A stretch of 32,000 nucleotides of DNA from the NCBI RefSeq assembly GCF_000253055.1, contig NC_016070.1, positions 690,001 through 722,000 of the forward strand, written 5' to 3'. Under the pieces are notes generated by a model. That model saw only the letters and a list, made by a program, of their open reading frames with translations, ran no database searches and was not told the DNA's origin. How positions within the stretch are numbered: position 1 is the stretch's first letter; the number at the start of each line of letters is the position of its first letter. Below, one piece after another: positions 27,620 through 32,000 of the stretch. Source of the stretch: Thermoproteus tenax Kra 1. Lineage in GTDB: Archaea; Thermoproteota; Thermoprotei; Thermoproteales; Thermoproteaceae. The position numbers and the translations under genes were made by a program.

Positions 27620-28420
27620 TTAAACTGCAAGCAGAATGGCTGCGATCATCACGAGAAATCCCAGCGCAGTATAGAAGTCCGGCCTCTCGCCCAAGGCAAA
27701 TATCGCTAACACCTGAGTAAGGACTGGCGACAGGGCGCTAATTATTGAGGGGATCACCGGCCCTAGGTAGTACACCGACAGGATAAATAGGGGGCCGCCT
27801 ACTCCATAGCTTACTATTCCCGCAAGGAAGATCTTTGGGCTAATTTTAGGCGACTTTCCTCTGGCCATCTCTATCAAGGCGACTGGCAATAGAAATCCTA
27901 TTGCTCTTGCCAGAGTGAAACTCCAAGGATCTGTTACAGCGGCCGCAGAGCCGATCACGAGAAACGATAGAGCGTATAAAAGAGCGGATGAGAAGGCCAG
28001 AGCAATGCCCTTAACAGAGCCGCCCCTAGCCCTCATTGCTATATAGAGCCCCAACATAGCCAGGGCGCCTGCTAGAAGATGACGCAACGATATATCTATG
28101 CTCAAGAGAGGAACCAGGATCACATAGGCGTAGGACACTAGCGTGGCAAGCCCCACGCTCGCATGTCTCAGAGAGACGAGATACATATACGTACCCAAGA
28201 CGGGCCCCAATAGAGAGAACAGAGCCCCGTAGATCAACATAGTCGTCGACAGATGGGCGCCGATCAACAGCAGAGGCAGAGCTGAGATGAACGTCGCAAG
28301 GGCCAGAGAGAAGAGATCGTCCCACGCGCTTTCGGTAGAGCCCGTCTTGTATAACAATGGTGCAATACTCCACGCAACTGACGCCGAGAGGGCGAGAATG
28401 ACTCCGATTAAGTTCGACAC
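27620..28420 (-). CDS. DMT-superfamily (EamA-like) transporter
   Basis: About ten hydrophobic segments with an internal repeat typical of EamA proteins. Confidence 0.85.
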   Translation of the reverse strand: MSNLIGVILALSASVAWSIAPLLYKTGSTESAWDDLFSLALATFISALPLLLIGAHLSTTMLIYGALFSLLGPVLGTYMYLVSLRHASVGLATLVSYAYVILVPLLSIDISLRHLLAGALAMLGLYIAMRARGGSVKGIALAFSSALLYALSFLVIGSAAAVTDPWSFTLARAIGFLLPVALIEMARGKSPKISPKIFLAGIVSYGVGGPLFILSVYYLGPVIPSIISALSPVLTQVLAIFALGERPDFYTALGFLVMIAAILLAV

Positions 28421-28971
28421 AGCGGAACATCATCTCTGGTATCTATATCTATCACGACGCCCCGATCTTGAACCTCTATCCCTAAGCTTCTCAACATTCC
28501 CAATAGCGCCCTAGCCCCTACATCGCCTTCGAGCCCCAGTAGAAAGGCGAGGACATCCCTACGCACAAGCACCGGATTTCCCCTCCTTCCGCGATATACA
28601 GGGTAGACTATCGGCGCTCTGGCTAGGTTGTCCGAGAGAGCCCTCAGAGTTTCCGGTCTGACGAAGGGCATGTCACCTAGGGCGAATATATATCCGTCGA
28701 AATGCGGCGCCGCGATGATTGCGGACTTGATACTAGTGCTGAGGCCGTGCCTGAACCACGGGTTATAGACCGTCTCTACATCGTAGTCGGCGGCCAATCG
28801 GACCACCTCATGTGCATTGTAGCCCGTTACGACGTAGACAGGCCCCACTCTTGAGGCGATAGCCGACTCAAGGACCCACGACAACATCGGCTTGCCGCAG
28901 ACTCTCGCGGAAAGCTTGAACTCTCCGAAACGTTTAGACTCCCCTGCCGCTAAGACTACGACTGCAATCAC
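28408..28971 (-). CDS. MobA-like NTP transferase (molybdenum cofactor nucleotidyltransferase-like)
   Basis: IAVVVLAAGESKRFGEFKL..KPMLSWVLE, ALGDMPFVRPETL, GNPVLVRRD. Confidence 0.87.
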   Translation of the reverse strand: MIAVVVLAAGESKRFGEFKLSARVCGKPMLSWVLESAIASRVGPVYVVTGYNAHEVVRLAADYDVETVYNPWFRHGLSTSIKSAIIAAPHFDGYIFALGDMPFVRPETLRALSDNLARAPIVYPVYRGRRGNPVLVRRDVLAFLLGLEGDVGARALLGMLRSLGIEVQDRGVVIDIDTRDDVPLCRT

Positions 28972-29381
28972 AAGATAGCCCTAAGATTGGACACAACTTG
29001 GGCTATAAGGGATTTGGCGACAGCGTCAAGTAAGGGCCTTCCCAAGGTCGCTATCAGTCCTCGGGCGTTTCCGACGAAGCTCCAGAGGACTTGTCTATCT
29101 TTTCTGAGAAACTTCAGCGTGAAGTCCACGGTGCTCTGTAGCCCGTTGGTCGCTCCAACCACGGTGGCCCCGTCCTCCGAAATCTCAGCATATCTAAATC
29201 TCACGTCCAGAGTCCCCCGCAGACTGCCCACGTTGAGAACCATTTTAGCTTTATACCACTCTCCCTCCCTCTCAACGGCCGTGACTCCCGGGAAGGCCCG
29301 CCCGACCACTTCTGGCTCTAACAGCTTTCTAAAGTTGGAGACGTCCCTCAGCTCAATTACGCCATCGTATCTGAGCTCCAC
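28968..29381 (-). CDS. CoxG-like SRPBCC protein
   Basis: FRKLLEPEVVGRAFPGVTAVEREGEWYKAKMVLNVGSLRGTLDVRF; next to a MobA-like gene. Confidence 0.75.
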   Translation of the reverse strand: MELRYDGVIELRDVSNFRKLLEPEVVGRAFPGVTAVEREGEWYKAKMVLNVGSLRGTLDVRFRYAEISEDGATVVGATNGLQSTVDFTLKFLRKDRQVLWSFVGNARGLIATLGRPLLDAVAKSLIAQVVSNLRAIL

Positions 29382-29418
29382 AGAACGTCAACCACACCTA
29401 TTTTAATTGTTGGCGCGC

Positions 29419-29721
29419 TTAACTGACCTCAACGCCGAAGCTCTGCATCTTTTTCAACTCCTCAAGTATCTCGTTCAATTTCGCCATAGTATCGGCGTTA
29501 TACTGCTTTAGCACAGGCGGTAGCTCGTTCAACCTCTGCACTCCGCGCGCTATTTCTTCGAGGGCGCCTCTTATATCATCTAGTCTTACTAATATAAGAT
29601 ATATTGATACAATCAAAGCTTCATCATTACTTATTTTTTTGCCTTTATTTATTTTATCTATAATAGGTGCAGCCATATTCTTCACCAATCCATCTATACG
29701 CGCCTTTAAGGCCTCATCCAT
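29419..29721 (-). CDS. Hypothetical coiled-coil protein
   Basis: 100 aa, helical and charged (DDIRGALEEIARGVQRLNEL...LNEILEELKKM). Confidence 0.55.
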   Translation of the reverse strand: MDEALKARIDGLVKNMAAPIIDKINKGKKISNDEALIVSIYLILVRLDDIRGALEEIARGVQRLNELPPVLKQYNADTMAKLNEILEELKKMQSFGVEVS

Positions 29722-29790
29722 AGAAGTTGATATGCAGCGATATTAAATCTTAATACTGAATATAGGACAAGAGGCCGATAAGAAATAGTC

Positions 29791-30564
29791 TCAGCCTTTG
29801 AGTTCAATGGGGACGCCAAGTTCCTTCAGTTTCTCTATTATCTCATTTCTGATCGGGCTCTTCACGCTCTTCTTAAAGAAGATTACTCTCTCAGGCCTTT
29901 TGACATGTTTATTGAAGGCTTGCGCCACCAAGTCCCTCGTGGCGACATCCTTGTGTATTATATGGCCCACGTTGGCGAGGCCGTCGAGCGCCATCTGGGT
30001 TACCATAGAGTAGTGGAGGTCTCCCACAGACATAATTACAGGCGCATTGGCCGGTTTGTAGTTGGGCAACTCGCCGAGTATCCAGGACAGCCCTTTCAGC
30101 GGACGTTCATCGTTCCACTCCCGCTCGGTGCTCCCTATTTCGATGAACGTAGCGCTGACGATCTCAGTGTTGGGCTCATGATGCGTGGCCTCAAGCGCAC
30201 ACTCAAACTCGGGGGGCCGCTCCAGACACAGCTCTCTGAAGAGCCAAGTCTTAAGCTCGGCGTAAGCCACAGAGAGCGAGGGAGGAACGCCGGGTGTATG
30301 TGCAGTCAGCATGGGCCGAGGTCTGGCCATCTCGTGCCTGGAGGGGACGACTATATGGCCTATCCCCAAGCTCCTCAACTTCTCTTCGGGCGGCAGCTCG
30401 AGGGAGTCTCCATCGTATACTAATATCAATAGCTCTCCTCGTCTCACCACGGAGCAACACGAGCCCAACGGCCTATCCTCAACGCCGAGTATCCTAGCCA
30501 CGCCTCTCGCGACGGGATCTCGCGACAACGCTATGGCAATCTCGCCCTCTGGGCCTAAATACAT
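29791..30564 (-). CDS. dtdA: D-aminoacyl-tRNA deacylase (DtdA)
   Basis: IAIALSRDPVARGVARIL, HIVVPSRHEMARPRPMLTAHTPG, THHEPNTEIVSATFIEIGSTEREW, VGDLHYS. Start may be slightly internal. Confidence 0.88.
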   Translation of the reverse strand: MYLGPEGEIAIALSRDPVARGVARILGVEDRPLGSCCSVVRRGELLILVYDGDSLELPPEEKLRSLGIGHIVVPSRHEMARPRPMLTAHTPGVPPSLSVAYAELKTWLFRELCLERPPEFECALEATHHEPNTEIVSATFIEIGSTEREWNDERPLKGLSWILGELPNYKPANAPVIMSVGDLHYSMVTQMALDGLANVGHIIHKDVATRDLVAQAFNKHVKRPERVIFFKKSVKSPIRNEIIEKLKELGVPIELKG

Positions 30565-30660
30565 AAGCTCAAGCGCCCGGCTTGTAATACAAGCTCAAAC
30601 ATCGGCGCAGTGTAATATCTATGGCTAGGCTCGCCGTCGGAGCACGGCTTACTGCGCCCG

Positions 30661-31632
30661 TCATGGGACGAGAACTGCCCTGCCTATAACTGAGCCTCGC
30701 TCCATGTCTTTATGCGCTCTAATGGCCTCTGTTAGTTTGTACTCCGTATATACAGGCTTTATAAGTTTACGTTTAAGGAGGTCAAGTGCCTCGTATACGT
30801 CCCATGGCTTGTACGCCATATGGCCCAGCACGGATATCTGTCTCAAGATTATGAGGGCGGGGCTCAAGCTGGCCCGCTCGCCTGTGACATTGCCAATCAC
30901 CACTACAGATCCGCCTCTTTTCGTGAGCCTTATAGAGCTCTCCAAAGTTGGAGAGCCCACTGTGTCGAAGACTACGTCAAAATCCCTCATACCCTCTTGG
31001 AAGATGCCTATGCCCAAGGCGCTGTAAACTCTGGACTTCTCGGGCGATCTGGTAGATATATACACGTCGGCCCCCCTGAGCTTGGCCACCTGTGCCAGAT
31101 ATAGGCCTGTGCCCCCTCCGCCGACTACCAGGACCCTCTTATTCTCAACGTCCACCCTTCTAACGGCGGCTATGGCTGTCGGTATTACGTCGGTAGCCAA
31201 CACGGCCTCGCGCGGGTCCACTCCATGGAACGGAAAGACAAAGTTGGCCGGCATCAGAACATACTCGGCATACGTGCCGTCCCTATGTTCGCCCAGATAC
31301 TGCGCGTTTCTGCAGAGGTTCTCCATACCTCTTCTGCAGTACTCACAAACTCCATCGTAAAGGGCCGGCGCAAGGAATACCCGCTGGCCCACGAGGTCTT
31401 CGTGCTCGTTGGAGCCAGCCTCGACTATTTTTCCCACGCCCTCGTGCCCCAACGTGACAGGCGGTTTAACGTGTGGAAACGCGCCCTTTCTGACCACAAT
31501 ATCCCTCCCGCAGACGCCCGCCGCCTCTATCTTCACTAAGACCTCCCCAGGGCTTGGCCTTGGATCCTCTATATCCAAAACGGCGAGAGATCCGTCGGCC
31601 TCTCCAAACTTTAGCAATCTAACGGCCTTCAC
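30661..31632 (-). CDS. Zinc-dependent alcohol dehydrogenase-like (MDR)
   Basis: AAGVCGRDIVVRKG, TLGHEGVGKIVEAG, GVCEYCRRGMENLC, VLVVGGGGTGLYLAQVAKLRGA. Confidence 0.9.
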   Translation of the reverse strand: MKAVRLLKFGEADGSLAVLDIEDPRPSPGEVLVKIEAAGVCGRDIVVRKGAFPHVKPPVTLGHEGVGKIVEAGSNEHEDLVGQRVFLAPALYDGVCEYCRRGMENLCRNAQYLGEHRDGTYAEYVLMPANFVFPFHGVDPREAVLATDVIPTAIAAVRRVDVENKRVLVVGGGGTGLYLAQVAKLRGADVYISTRSPEKSRVYSALGIGIFQEGMRDFDVVFDTVGSPTLESSIRLTKRGGSVVVIGNVTGERASLSPALIILRQISVLGHMAYKPWDVYEALDLLKRKLIKPVYTEYKLTEAIRAHKDMERGSVIGRAVLVP

Positions 31633-31659
31633 AGTTCTGGCAATAAATGTAATTTAAAG

Positions 31660-32000
31660 TTAACAGACACATGCGCGTTCGGCCTTTATCTTTGCCAACG
31701 CATCTGAGAGTTTGATTCCTTTAGAGAGGAGTATCTCCAGATCGTACTCGGTGGTAAACCCAAGCTCCCTCAGCCCTTTGGAGGCTGTGAATAGATCCCA
31801 ATTGTTTGCGTAGATCAAACGTGCCATCTTGTTAAGTCTGAGCAACGCCTCGGGCTTAAATCTGAGGGCTACCGGCGTGAACATGTCTATATAGGCCAGC
31901 GCGGCGCCGCCTCTCATTTCAACTGTGCCGTAAAAGCCCTTAAGAGCTCTAAGTACGTTCTTGGAGGCCTCCGTTATACAGCTCTCCGTCAGTTTTTCCA
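31660..32000 (-). CDS. Hypothetical protein, N-terminus outside the window
   Basis: The frame stays open upstream of the listed Met to the window edge (...EKLTESCITEASKNVLRALKGFYGTVEMRGGAALAYIDMF...). Confidence 0.6.
   Translation of the reverse strand, partial: EKLTESCITEASKNVLRALKGFYGTVEMRGGAALAYIDMFTPVALRFKPEALLRLNKMARLIYANNWDLFTASKGLRELGFTTEYDLEILLSKGIKLSDALAKIKAERACVC

Noticed and set aside
1-32000. CRISPR array, Cas genes or a complete toxin-antitoxin/defence module
   Set aside because: No periodically spaced direct repeats and no Cas, PIN/VapC or RelE-type proteins seen. The only defence-adjacent hints are the orphan ATPase and the dead TnpB relic, which do not make a system.

Overview
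The window reads as a compact, GC-moderate hyperthermophilic crenarchaeal chromosome segment (Thermoproteales-like by gene content and leaderless TATA-start spacing; this is inference). From left to right it holds: a 5'-truncated GlcD-like flavoprotein and a LutB/LUD iron-sulfur protein; a pyrimidine block (pyrD, pyrE, pyrI, pyrF, pyrB); a DUF2250-type winged helix; an FAD oxidoreductase; several orphan proteins; a carbamate kinase-like gene, hisS and a saccharopine dehydrogenase-like gene; a divergent AAA/SMC-like ATPase; a ~1.2 kb non-coding region; the archaeal proteasome/exosome/ribosome-biogenesis superoperon (psmA, SBDS, rrp4, rrp41, rrp42, L37Ae, Brix, Pcc1, prefoldin beta, DUF3194, DHH); an XPB-like helicase and coaD; an M28 peptidase; an aldo/keto reductase; a DMT exporter/MobA-like/CoxG-like cluster; dtdA; and a zinc alcohol dehydrogenase. 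The best non-routine signals are: (1) a decayed TnpB relic at 14008-14364, in three frames, with a right-end hairpin typical of IS605/TnpB elements, absent from the ORF track as a protein; (2) a structured element with a perfect 16-bp inverted repeat at 13811-13971 and a GC-rich island at 13383-13620; (3) an unlisted 53-aa four-cysteine microprotein at 22965-23126; (4) a divergent ATPase with a shortened Walker A and Asn in place of the Walker B Glu; (5) multi-hairpin intergenic elements at pyrF/pyrB and downstream of psmA; (6) several bidirectional promoters with shared or interleaved TATA boxes. I see no CRISPR array, rRNA or convincing tRNA, and no complete new defence system. All assignments come from reading motifs, with no database search.
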